Shown here one piece after another: positions 40,190-51,790 of a stretch of DNA of 64,000 bases. This DNA comes from Takakia lepidozioides (lineage: Eukaryota; Plantae; Bryophyta): the NCBI GenBank assembly GCA_030704615.1, contig CM060731.1:25792001-25856000 (forward strand), in the 5' to 3' direction. The notes under the pieces are model-generated. The model had not been told where the DNA came from. It ran no database searches and saw only the letters and a list, made by a program, of their open reading frames with translations. The first letter of the stretch is position 1. Each line of letters begins with the position of its first letter. The position numbers and the translations under genes were made by a program.

Positions 40190-40600
40190 AGGTCCCAGTA
40201 TAATCGAAGACGAAACCCCATTCATTCAATGGACGATTGAATGGTTGCCCATCCAAATGATTTTCGTTTGCTTTCAATCTTTGCCACTATGTTCAACATA
40301 CCATGTATCAAGTCCCGAATTAATATCAGATCAATCGAAATTCATTCGATGGCTCAACGGATGGTTGGCCATCGAAATGATTTTGGTTCACTTTGAGACT
40401 TGGCCATTATGTTCAATGTGCCAAGTAAGAGGCCCCAGAGTAATATGAGATCAATCGAAATTCGTTCAATGGGCCAACGGATGGTTGCCCATCCAAATGA
40501 TTTTCGTTCGCTTTGAAACTTGGCCAGTGTGTTCAATGTACCATCTGATACGTCCCAGTGTAATACAAGATCAATCGAAAATCGTTCGATTGTCCAATGA
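40190..40600. repeat. 120-bp tandem repeat, block 1 (~3.5 units)
   Basis: TCAATCGAAA recurs at 40331, 40451 and 40571. Confidence 0.9.
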
Positions 40601-41229
40601 GGCGTTCACTTGTCATCGGGTTTTTGTTCAATGCGAAAAAAAAATCCTGCAATGCGAGCACGACTATTGCACCCATTGAACGGATGTGGTTGAAGCCCTT
40701 CTTTTGCCCGCATGTGTGCAACACATGTGCGGAGACACAACAGACGAATAAATCATTTGCCTCCCCATCGACGCGCTCCCCCCTCAAGCCTTTCCACAAT
40801 TTAATTTAATTTAAATTTATTTTAAGCCAATAAATAGGTTTGCACTGCCTTTCAGTGGGGGTTTCTAGCACGTATCAATCTTGTTTTTGGCTCAATGTTT
40901 TTCTGCGGCTTCCAACATCCCACTGCTACTCCCCCGCCAAAATTTGGACCAACAAAAATGCCCCAAAAAAAAAGTGTTCTCTTCACTCACTATTGGAGAA
41001 CTCTCTATGAAGAGTGCATGAAGTAGAACACAAATCAAGTTTGGAGTGCAAAAAAGAGAAGAAACTGTGGTTTTGGGTCCAAATGAATTTTGATCACTCC
41101 CAAATTTGGCACGCACGTTGCATATGGCTACATTACACGCCACATTCAAAAACAGAATGAAAAAAAAATCGTGAGCACGCGAAACACAGTCCAACAGGCC
41201 CCCAAGCAATAGTAGCTCCAGCACAATAC

Positions 41230-41590
41230 ATTCAACGGGTGAACAGATGGTTGCCCATCCAATTTTTTTTTCTTAGCTTCCAATCTTTGCCAGCACGTTC
41301 GAGACACCCTCTCACAGGTCCCGGATTAATATCAAATCAATCGAAATTCATTCGATGGCTCAACGGATGGTTGGCCATTGAAATGATTTTGGTTCGCTTT
41401 GAGACTTGGCCACTATGTTCAATGTGCCATGTAAGAGGCCCCAGAGTAATATGAGTTCAATCGAAATTCGTTCAATGGACCAACGGATGGTTGCCCATCC
41501 AAATGATTTTCGTTCGCTTTGAAACTTGGCCAGTGTGTTCAATGTACCCTCTGATACGTCCCAGTATAATATGAGATCAATCGAATTTAT
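41230..41590. repeat. 120-bp tandem repeat, block 2 (~3 units)
   Basis: TCAATCGAA at 41337, 41457 and 41577; unit-for-unit copy of block 1, offset by 1006 bp. Confidence 0.9.
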
Positions 41591-42036
41591 TTTGTGCTTT
41601 GAGAACTTTGTGGGTATGTTCGTAGAAAGATCATAGATTTTGCGAAATGATTATGAAATACGCAGAGACCAGGCAAAATTTGTTTGGAAGACGACCGTTC
41701 GTAACTCGTTATAACTTATTTGTTAACATCAATTTTCCTTGTTCTCCAGCTTTCGGAGTTCATTGCGAATACCCACATACACGTCATGACCAAATATGAC
41801 ACCATTGTAAATTTGTTTACAGTGTGAACTACTTCTTCCCCATCACACGAGTGTAAATGTGAAGAAAACGTTACTTTTGCAATTGAAATTGGCAGGTGCA
41901 GCACATGTGCATCGTGTATTAACAAAATTGGTGATATACAAACTTGGCGGAATGCCATCACTGTGTTTTCCAACAATATTCAAGGTACAACAAAAATGCA
42001 TATTATATATGTACTACGATGCCAGTCATTAAAAGC

Positions 42037-44305
42037 CTAGTCGTCACTGTCCGAGGATGTGGAATTTGATGTTGTGGCCTGATTTGCACTGCCAATTGCT
42101 AGAGCTTGCGACCATGATTTCGTGGTCAATGAGGGGCCCAATGACATGTGATCAATTCTGGCCGGCATCTGCCTACTTTGCGGCAAAAGTTGACTTTCTT
42201 CTTCACTCTCACGACATGACGGAACAAGTGTTCGGGCTGCATGCAAATCGGCAACGAGGCCGTCCATATCCGGCAATACAGCCCCCGAAACACGATGAGA
42301 ACGGTCTGTTCATAATCGCCTCCATTTCTCTACAACTGCCTTGATGGTACTTTTGAAACTTTCCAACTACTTCTCGCGGGCTCTATCCCTAATCATTGTG
42401 TCGTTTCGACGATAAGCCGCCTCGTACGCATCATGAATTCGGCGTTGACATATTATAGCATCTTCCAGTTCGGACAACAACAAATGTCTCCCAATCGGTT
42501 GTCGGTCATACAATTCGTTCTCCTCCGGCACCCATGGAACTTCTGGGAGCCGGATAAACCTGGACCTTCTTTGACTCCAATGCCCTCCCAGATTGCGGCA
42601 AAACTCATCTCTCTCCCACCAATCTCGAATACCTCCCGCACATATGGTTATCCCCCAATCAGATGTGATCCAGAAATACTGGGGATCTTTGATGTATGCC
42701 GGGTTTCTGACATGTATGCCATGCATCTCTCTGTCTACATCCCATACCAAGTTCTTGCCCCAATGCACACAATTCAGAAATGTGTATGGTAGCCCATCCA
42801 ATGAGAGGTTGTGTCGATTGTACTCAAAACCTATGGGCATCCGATCCTCCAAGCCCACCAGCTCATAGAAATGGCAATGGATTGGTGTACGGCATTCTGG
42901 GCAAGCGCTCGTCCGCAAGGCTTGCGGGATAAGACATGTGAGATGGAACATATGTCCACATGATCCAAGCACATGACATCCCTTTGGGCCGTATGGATTC
43001 CTACACATCGAACAAAGTGTGCCATCTGATATCCATGACGGCAAAACTCCTCGTGGTATCTCCTCCCTCTGGGCTGGTTTGATGTGGCTGGTCATCTTTG
43101 TTGTGGTGTCCCACTTTTCCTCTATCTCCAATTCCCAGTTTATGCTTCTGTTCGACCCCAAAATTCTGTGCTCACATCGATCGAACATAGAATCCACATC
43201 TGCCCAATTGGTATACCCGACGAACACGCTTGATGCGATGCGGAGATCGTTATACCTTTACATGTTGGCATAAATGCTATTCACGCTACGGATCGACATG
43301 CGTGCGACACGTTGCAAGTCTGACAGTGCCCGCTCTACCCGTGCTTCTCTGGAGGCCAAATGGGTCGCCCATTATACCCAATTTTCTCAATCGCCATTCA
43401 ATGGGACCCATGCCTGAATCTCCAGCGTTTTGGACAAGCGCCATGCAGTTGCCATGACAATGTCCCGCTCATTTGTAACGGGTCGACATCTAATATCGGG
43501 TTCATCTCTGATTGAATGGCGACCCTCGAGCATTCCCCGGTTTCCAGTACTGGTTCTTTTCATTTTCTCCTTCTTTCATCCGCAATTCGTTGTTCCTCAA
43601 CCATGGTTTCATCGGCCACAAGGTCAATGACGTCCATAATATCCTGAATGATGAGGTCAATACTGCGATCGGGCATCGCAAACTCCGCGTCCATGTCCAC
43701 AACGTTTGTACAACAGTGCCTTCATTGTTTGGAGGCATGTCTTGTAATCTAGCTTCCAACTCGGCTATGCGCAGTGTTTGCTAGTCTAGTCGGTTCTGCA
43801 GGGTCCTGATTCGCTGGTCTCTTTCCGCTAGTTGTTCTTCTAACGTTGCAGCCGATTGTATTCCGAACTTGTCCGGGATGTACTCCAAATCGTATAACAA
43901 CCTTGCGTTCATCCTACTAGCAGTTTGCCAATTCACTGGACGCAAGAGTATGACCTCCACGTACAACATGGCTGCCTAGGTGTACGAGATTTGACCCTTT
44001 AAGAGAGGTTGACCCCACAATGTCCTAGACCTAGACTCTGCGTAATTGTTTCGGGTTTGCACGTCATGCCTATCCAAAGGCCACAATCGATTGATGTAGT
44101 ACAATTTCACGAATTTTTTGCATCTCGCCATCGGCCACCAGAACTCTTCCAGAACATCATCTCAGCCCTCTTCTGCTAGTATGCTAGGGTCACCATATAC
44201 TTCCCAATTCAAGTCTTGTCTTGACCCTTTGATTTTCTTAGGGGGCGGTCCATGTTCATTGGGGTCATCTCTTCCATGACGGTCATCGTCCTGGCCCTCT
44301 GCCAT
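42037..44305 (-). pseudogene. RING-H2 zinc-finger protein gene with coiled-coil region, disrupted
   Basis: Starts MAEGQDDD...PPPKKIK; has a heptad-like LEEQLAERDQRIRTLQNRL..RIAELEARL; the 286-aa intact stretch contains CSMC-x-CGHMFHLTC-x-CPEC (C3H2C3). Several stops/frameshifts. Confidence 0.8.
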
Positions 44306-45091
44306 TCTACAACAATCAAAACAATACTAAACGAGGTTTTCTTAAAAAACTTTACTTTAAACCCTTCCCCCGCTAAGTAGGTTTGTACGTGTCAAAATAG
44401 TTCCTAAAAGCTAATTTTGTAGAATAAAATGATCCTGGAAGCCAGAGGAGGGCCTATAGCAGCATTCTGCAACGACCTCAAGAGTCGCCCTGAATACTAA
44501 TCGAGGCATCCTGACGAGAAGATGAAGTGTTCTGCTCAGAGGTCATGTCCAGATTCAAAGACATTGGAATATTGCCTCTACACTGAGCAAAGTGGTTTTT
44601 TACCCACATAGATGCTTTACCCCAGCGCTCTTCACACTTTTATAGCCGAGGTGAGCGAACAACCGATCCTTACGATAAGAAAGCTTTAATCCACATAGGT
44701 TGCACTCAACACTACCAGTGGCATTGACAATATTCGGGATTGCCGTATATCAAGGGCTCCATTCCTCCCTCATCTTCACCTAATATCCATTCCCCTGGGA
44801 CCTAGCGATGCAAGCAACAAAAAACAGTCACCTATAAATGAATGTGTTGTGAATGTAGAGTGCAATGCGATAGCCCAACACTTCTACACCTATCAGCAAC
44901 CCAAGTGGGTCGATGTGGGTTGTAGTGTTGAGCTTATACACAATCTTCTGAAGTGGCTTTGGTGGAAACCACAACGGCAAAAGGTGCGCACCCTCCTCTT
45001 GGGCTACACTCTCGTTCAATGGAAGAGAACATCCAAAACAACCTCAAGTGTTTGCGCCAAAAGAAGTGAGGAGCTTGGTAACCCTCCTCCC

Positions 45092-45098
45092 TTATATA
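45092..45098 (-). promoter_or_regulatory. Putative TATA box of the RING gene
   Basis: TATATAA on - immediately inside the right array, upstream of the RING ORF. Confidence 0.35.
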
Positions 45099-45204
45099 TG
45101 ATCCAAGATGGATGAAAGTGAAATGAAAGTGAAATGAATAAATGACGAACCAAAAGCACCCACCCGAAAAAGGCTGTATAACCATATTTGTTGTAATTTT
45201 GAAA

Positions 45205-46395
45205 TTAAGCGATGCTAATACTAAGGTCGCTATTTTTATTTTTTATGAAAAACAAGCAACCGCCACTACTGCGGTCGCTTTTATGTCCTTTCATTTTGTG
45301 CAATATTGCGGTCACTTCTATTTTGTATATTTTTAAATTTAAGCGACCGCCCGTATGGCGGTTGCTATTGTTTTTTATTTCAATATATAATGCGATTGCC
45401 GGTATGGCGGTCGCTTCATTTGTTAATATATTTAAAATAAAGCGACAGCCAATATGGTGGTCGCTTTTATTTTTAATATTTAAAAAAAACGCGACTGCCA
45501 GTAAGACGGTCATTTTTAATCTTTATATTTTATGGCGGTCGTTTGTTTTTCTATAATTTTTTTAAATTAAGCGACCGCCCAATGGCGGTCGCTATTTTTA
45601 TTAATATTTTTGAAATTATCTGACCGCCATATGGCGGTCGCTTGTTCTGTACATATTTACAAAATTGTGCGACCGCCAATACGGCAATCGCTTGTTTTCA
45701 TTTTTAAATTAGGCGACCGCCAATGCGACCGCCAATCTTGTTTTTTTTTAAAAATAAATTGAAGCGACTGCCAAGATAGCGGTCGCTATTTCTTTTTTTA
45801 ATTTGAAAATTAAAGCGATCGCTAGTGCGACCACAAATCTTGTTTTTTTTTAAAACAAATTTGAAGCGACCGCCAATATGGCGGTCACTATTTCTTTTTC
45901 TATTTCGAAAAATAAAGCGACAACCAGTGCGACCGCCAATCTTGCTTGTAAGAAAAAAAAATTGAAGCGACCGCCAATACGGCGGTCGCTATTTCTTTTT
46001 TAATTTCGAAAAACAAAGCGATCGCCATAATTGGCGGTCGCGTTCAATTTGTTAATTTTCAAAAATATATTTGCCACCGTGCGACCGCCAATACGACCGC
46101 CAATCTTGTTCTAAAAAATAAATAAATTGAAGCGACCGCCAACATAGCGGTCGTTTTTTGTTTTTTTAATTCGAAAAATAAGGCGACCGCCAATGCGACC
46201 GCCAATCTTGCTTTAAAAAAAAAAAATTTGAAGTGACCGCCAATATGGCGGTCGCTATTTCTCGAAAAATAAGATGACCGCCACTGCGACCGCCAATCTT
46301 GCTTTAAAATAAAAAAAAATTGAAGTGACCGCCAATACGGCGGTCGCTATTTTTTTTTTTAATTTCGAAAAACAAAGCGAATTGGCGGTCGTGTT
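45205..46395. repeat. Right subterminal array of GCGACCGCC-based palindromic/direct units (~25 units, ~50-bp period)
   Basis: Same motif as 36225-36530; A/T-tract spacers. Confidence 0.92.
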
Positions 46396-46584
46396 CATTT
46401 TGTTAATTTTCAAAATGTATTTGCCACCACCACCGTATCGGCGACGTGGCTGCTTAAGTGGCAGTATTTTACCTGGTACTATTTTTACCAAAATATTTCC
46501 CGAACCTGACGTGACGGAGGTCCCGTCTGCATCAGGTCAAACGTGACCTGACGCTGACGGACGGACGTGACGCTGATAACGGGG

Positions 46585-48688
46585 ACCAATAGTCCATGGA
46601 TATCAATTCCATTGTTTTGTTGAAGCCGAAATGTCCTGCAGCCGGAAAATCATGACATGTTTGAAGAATTCGAAGTTGTGTAGGTCCTGGAGGTACATAG
46701 AGAAGTCCCTTGAAATAAAGTAAGCCATCTTTGAATTCAAAGTCGTTTGTAATATGTGGGTTGTCTCGAGGTCGATTTAGTTGACTTCGTAGTGTCGTAG
46801 CAAAATGGTCGCTCTTCAGTGCTTCCTGAATCTCCTTTATGATTTCTACATCGTCATAGGTGGACATAGATAGCATATTCAATTGGAGATTTGCTGGTTT
46901 CAAGATGATGGATTTTTGTTGGTCAAAAGCTGCATCCCCTTCCTTTGGCGCAAGATACGATCGTCGAGAAAGAGCATCTGGTTTCCTTGAAGATGTCCGG
47001 GACGGTAGGTAATAACAAAATCAAATCTTGCTAGTGACATACTCCATCTCGCTTGATGTCGATTCAAAACACGAGCACTTATAAAATACTCGAGGTTTTT
47101 GTGATCAATATAGACAGTGACATGATGTTGAGCTCCCTCCAATAGATGACGCCACTCCTCAAAAGCATCGATAATCGCTAGAAGTTCTTTGTCATGGATT
47201 TTATAATTGATCTCCGCAGCGGAAAATTTGCGAGAACGAAAACCAACAGGGTGAAGTCGGCCATCTGTACCGTATTGAGAAAGTACCACGCCAAGTGCAA
47301 AGTCCGATGCATCTACTTCCAAAAAAATGGTTTAGATGGGTCTGCATGTACCAGTATTGGAGCCGTTGTAAATGTCTGCTTCAACCTTTCAAATGCTTGG
47401 TCAGCCTTCTTGTCCCATACAAATTTGTCCTTCTCTGTAAGTCGTGTCATTGGTGCAGCAATTTTGGAGTAGTTCTTGATGAAGATTCGATAGAAATTTG
47501 CAAATCCTAGAAAACATTGTACATTTCGGACCGAAGTTGGTTTAATCCACTCGATGATGGTTTGTATTTTCTTCTGATCCATAAAGACTCATTTGTCGAA
47601 AATAATATAGCCAAAAAATTCGACTTCAGATTGATGGAAAAGACATTTTTCCAACTTGGCATATAGTCATTTTTCTCTCAATTTATCAAGGACAAGGCGT
47701 ACGTGGCGACCATGTTCTTCTTCACTTTGTGAAAATATCAAAATGTCGTCCAAATAGATAACTACAAAGTCATCTAAAAATTCTCAAAATATGTCATTCA
47801 TCATGTGTTAAAAAATTGCTGGAGCATTTGTAAGACCGAAAGGCATAACACTGTATTAAAAATGTCTGTATCTTGTGCGAAAAGCAGTCTTCCATTCGTC
47901 TCTTTCTTTTATTCGTACAAGGTTGTAAGCTCCTTTCAAGTCGATCTTTATGAAAAAATTTGCTCGTCCAAGTTATTCGAGGAGTCCGGAAATTAGCGGT
48001 AGTGGGTACGATGTTTTATAGTGACTTTATTGAGCCCACGATAGTCCACACACATGCGTACTGATCCGTCATTCTTCTTCACAAATAAGATAGGTACTCC
48101 CGTGGGGGATTTCGAATGTCGAATGAAATTCTCTGACAAATTTGACAAATTTTCATCAATGTATTCGCGTAAAGCAGCCAGCTCCGTCTGAGATAAATTG
48201 TAGATCGGGCCGAATGGTGGTTGAGCTCATTCTTGCAACTCAATTACAAAATCATAAGGTCGATGTTCTGGCAACATGTCTGCATTTTTCTTCTTGAAGA
48301 CATCCTTGAAATCTTGATATTGAGTGGGTAATGTCGAAGTACCTTGGTCTGCTGTGGTTTGATCGGAGTTGCATAAAGTGCAAATGTCGCGTCTTTCTTC
48401 ATAGCTCTCATGAAGGCTCTAGCTCCAAGAAACAGGGGTTGAATATCTTTGGTACTTTTGCATTTTTGTTTTGCCGAATTTTTTCGTGATCGCCAGTCGA
48501 TGTCAGGATTATGAAGTACAAACCAGGGAAGTCCAATGATCATAAGATTTGTTGGAGACTGGATAACATTGAAAATAATCTGTGATGCTTGATCTTTAAG
48601 CTTCACTTCAAGGGGTCGAGTTTCATGGTCAATATTTCTTGATGCTAAAGGTCGTCCATCGATGACTTCAACAAAGGCCGAGAATTTC
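46585..48688 (-). pseudogene. Gypsy pol: protease C-term, RT, RNase H, integrase HHCC (decayed)
   Basis: IIGLPW..HNPDIDW; VIYLDD (~47750); FLGFANFYRIFI; [27 protein letters not shown]; CHD..AAGHFG..KT. Confidence 0.93.
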
Positions 48689-49459
48689 TATCGCGGCCCT
48701 TTGCCTTGAGGGCAGGGGGTCGAGACGCAGAGGGGCTGCCCCTGTGGTGGGGGCGGTGGCAGCAATAGGTACGGGGGGCCTTGAGTGCCCAATGCACTCA
48801 AAGAGGCAGAGGCACTCACTAGGTGGAGCCCCGCACACCGGGTTGCGGTGGGGGTGGCTCTACAAGGGGTGGTGGTAGCTTAGAGGGACTTAGAGGGGGT
48901 GACATAGGACTCACCATGGGGCGGAGACCTTGTGGTGGGAGTCGTGGGGAGTCTTGGGACTCATCACGGTCCAATGGGGCCGTGATAGATGGGCGAAGAC
49001 TCACCGCGACTCATCAGCGGGAGTCGAGGGTCTTCGTGGTGGTTCGCCATAAAATGGCAGGGTTGTTTGTGAAACCCCCACGGATAGTCACAGAAGTATA
49101 TATAGGGAGTAGTAACCTCGAGAACGGTGCAAGCCCGTTGGTGACCAAAAATTAGTGCGTGAGCGAGCGAGCCGAAAAACGACCAAGGAGTGGGGAGCTA
49201 TTCCGGACTGCCATCTACCAAAGGGAATTTCCACTAGGCCCAAATTGGTGGAGGGTCTTTTGGTGGATCAAAGGGGGACCGTTATGTCCCGGTGAGCAGC
49301 CAAAGCTCCGAGTTGGCCCGTCGGCCAGTTTGGGAGTTAGGTGCGCACATCAAAGCGAGTAACTATGACTTGAAGAGGAGCTTACCGAAGTGAGATGCGC
49401 GACACTTGGTATCAGAGCTTAGAGTTCAGTACGCGATCATCCTTGAGATCGGCCTCATC

Positions 49460-50455
49460 ATGGGGTCGGGCAAGCCAAAGCCAAAGCGGAACGGCCCGAA
49501 AGATGATGATCCTGGTGAGCCCGATGGGGGCGACGTGTCACCGAAGTGGCAATTTGAGGAGGAGATTCATGCTTTTGAAAGCGAGGCCGTGCAAGAACGG
49601 GAGGAATCTGGGGAGTCGGAGCCCAAGGACCTCCCGGAGGCTCCGCCAGACCAACAAATGCCTCCCATGCCAGCAGCATTTTGGGAAGGGTTGTTGGCGC
49701 AATTTGGCGGGACGTTGAAAGACATGTTGAGGGCGGCTAATGCCACTTCCACTAAGGCAAAGTTAAGGTGAAGCCTAAGGAACCTGGCACCTTCGAGGGC
49801 GTCCGAAATCGGAAGGCACTCAACACCTGGCTCTTGCAGCTAGAGCAGTATTTCCGGGCGGCCAAGTTGAGTGACGAGGATCGGGTGGAAGTGGCTCCCA
49901 CCTATTTGAGGGGTTATGCTCAACAATGGTGGCAGAAACGCCTTCACGACCAAGGTCCAAACCCAGAAACCTTGAGCTAGAGTGGGTTCAAGGAACTTAT
50001 GAAGAGATAGTTTGTGCCCCTCAATGCGTCCTGGCTCGTCCGGGACAAGATGAGGAATTTGAAGCAAACGGATGACATTCGGGGATATGTTCAGGCTTTC
50101 AATGTGCTGTTGCTTGAAGTCGCGGATATGGCAGAACCAGACATGGTCTTCAACTTTGTGGCGGGACTGGCCCCATGGGCCAGGCGGAAGTTGGAGGAGA
50201 AGCCACCTAAGACTTTAAACGAGGCAACTGAAAGGGTTGAATGTTTCTTGGATGTCCCTAGGGGCGAAAGACAAGGCCGTACGGAGCTGAACCACAAGAA
50301 GACCCGGCGGGAGGGTGACTCCTTTCGACCGGAAAAGAAGTGGGATAGGCCACGCGGCGACAATGGCACGTGGAAATCAAAGGGAGGTCCTTCTCACGTC
50401 AAGGCGGCACCCGGTGCTCCGAAAGGAAAATCAAGTGCGGCGGCTTATGGCGGAC
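49460..50455 (+). pseudogene. Gag of the nested Gypsy element
   Basis: KPKEPGTFEG.RN.K.L..WL...EQYF, YLRGYAQQWW, LKQTDDIRGYV..F, FNFVAGL.PWA; frameshift and stops. Confidence 0.88.
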
Positions 50456-51790
50456 AGGAGGTAGCCTATACTATATGCGCACACGAATGCATGCATATGG
50501 AGGAATATATGCATACATACAAATTTTAGATATGCATATGAACAATTTTATATGCACAACACTTAAATAAGGGTACCCAAAAAATAAAAAAATTGTGATT
50601 CATCTAATCTTAGGGTCCATAGTCAAAATATCAAAGGATGGAATAAAAACATTCTATATAGAATATTCTGTATTCATTGTATTATTACTCCACATGGGTG
50701 AGTGTAGGAATGGGAGAGGAACATGTTGCTTTTGTGGCTTTCCAACATGAGAAAAAATGTCGAAAAATTAAAAAGTGACGAGGCACGGCTCCTTGTTAGA
50801 TACAAATGGTGAAGGTACGGGCTCTTCCAATGGTGGGAGTCTAGTTTGAAGTTCAGAATGGAGCAATGCTCAAGGAATGCTAGGGAGCTTGACAATGTGA
50901 TGGAGATGGTCCGCCTGCGCATTTGGGTAGTAAATGGCGATGGCCCGCAAGGGAATTCAATTTTACAAAAAAGACTATTGATTGGTAATCGAACCCGCAA
51001 TCTCATAACTTAAAAAACATAATCCTTACCAAACCACCACCCATTTAATCTTGTTACATAGGTTTTGTAGTATCTATATATCTATCTTCTGAAACATTTT
51101 TATTTTACAAAAACATAATGTCCACCAGAGATGGAACCCACAACCTATCGGGTATCAAGCCTCGTTCATACCACTATACTACCCATTCAGACTTGAAATA
51201 TTAATGAAATGAAACACTAATGAGATAAAGATAGTCACCCTGTGTGTACATAACTTGCCACAATACTCATAAGGGTTGATCTTACTAATATGATGAAATT
51301 TGATAGTGCTGAAGTGCATGTCAAACTTGCATTCCGGTAAAGGGATCTATTGTGCAAAGTATTACATAGATAAATCAACTGACAAGAAGATAACATGAAA
51401 TCTGATTTCAACACTGAGTCATTTGCCCCATTTGTTTTACCTTACACTAGAGAGAAAGACATGTATCTTAAAAACTAACCAAAAATTCGGATTGACAATG
51501 AGGACAATGTATTGTATATGTAATTTCTAATTACCTACATAACATCATCAGCTGATATTTCATCATCCGTGTCATAAGCCTGTGATTCAGAGGCATACAC
51601 ATCCATGAAAGCCTCAACTCTACACAACCTATCCACGGATTGTCCAGCAGTAGCTGCTCTTCGGTCAAACAACAGATCATTGGAAAGACCTACATCACGT
51701 TGCTGATGTATTGAATGCAAAGCTTGGGACTCGGCATACGAAGGTAGATAAAACGATGAAAGAGGACTTTGGGGTAGACTGTCGTAGAGA
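50456..51790. other. AT-rich foreign segment replacing PR-RT-RH in the nested Gypsy
   Basis: Abrupt composition change after gag; pol resumes at LAVFDVDIQHKPGRDNVVADALSR. Contains a tRNA-like A/B-box stretch at 51122-51183 (-). Confidence 0.7.

Larger units (their letters stand above)
36017..46584. mobile_element. 10,568-bp cargo-carrying TIR-type element of unrecognised family (8-bp TSD)
   Basis: Interrupts the host integrase at the DYW|WPQ codons with an exact ACCAATAG duplication (36009-36016 and 46585-46592). Termini CCTAGTTATCA / TGATAACGGGG (9/11 inverted match). The same palindromic arrays occur at both ends. Confidence 0.9.

Noticed and set aside
45205-46395. CRISPR-like look (palindromic ~27-bp repeats with spacers), also at 36225-36530
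   Set aside because: Spacers are low-complexity A/T tracts similar to each other, repeats are degenerate, no cas genes are present, the context is eukaryotic, and the arrays sit symmetrically at transposon ends.
48819-49362. Short ORFs within the GC-rich LTRs (also 53897-54241)
   Set aside because: They lie in LTR sequence, have no domain signal, and are expected by chance at high GC.
51122-51183. tRNA gene (also 10812 and 25450)
   Set aside because: Only A/B-box-like motifs are present; I could not build a convincing cloverleaf.
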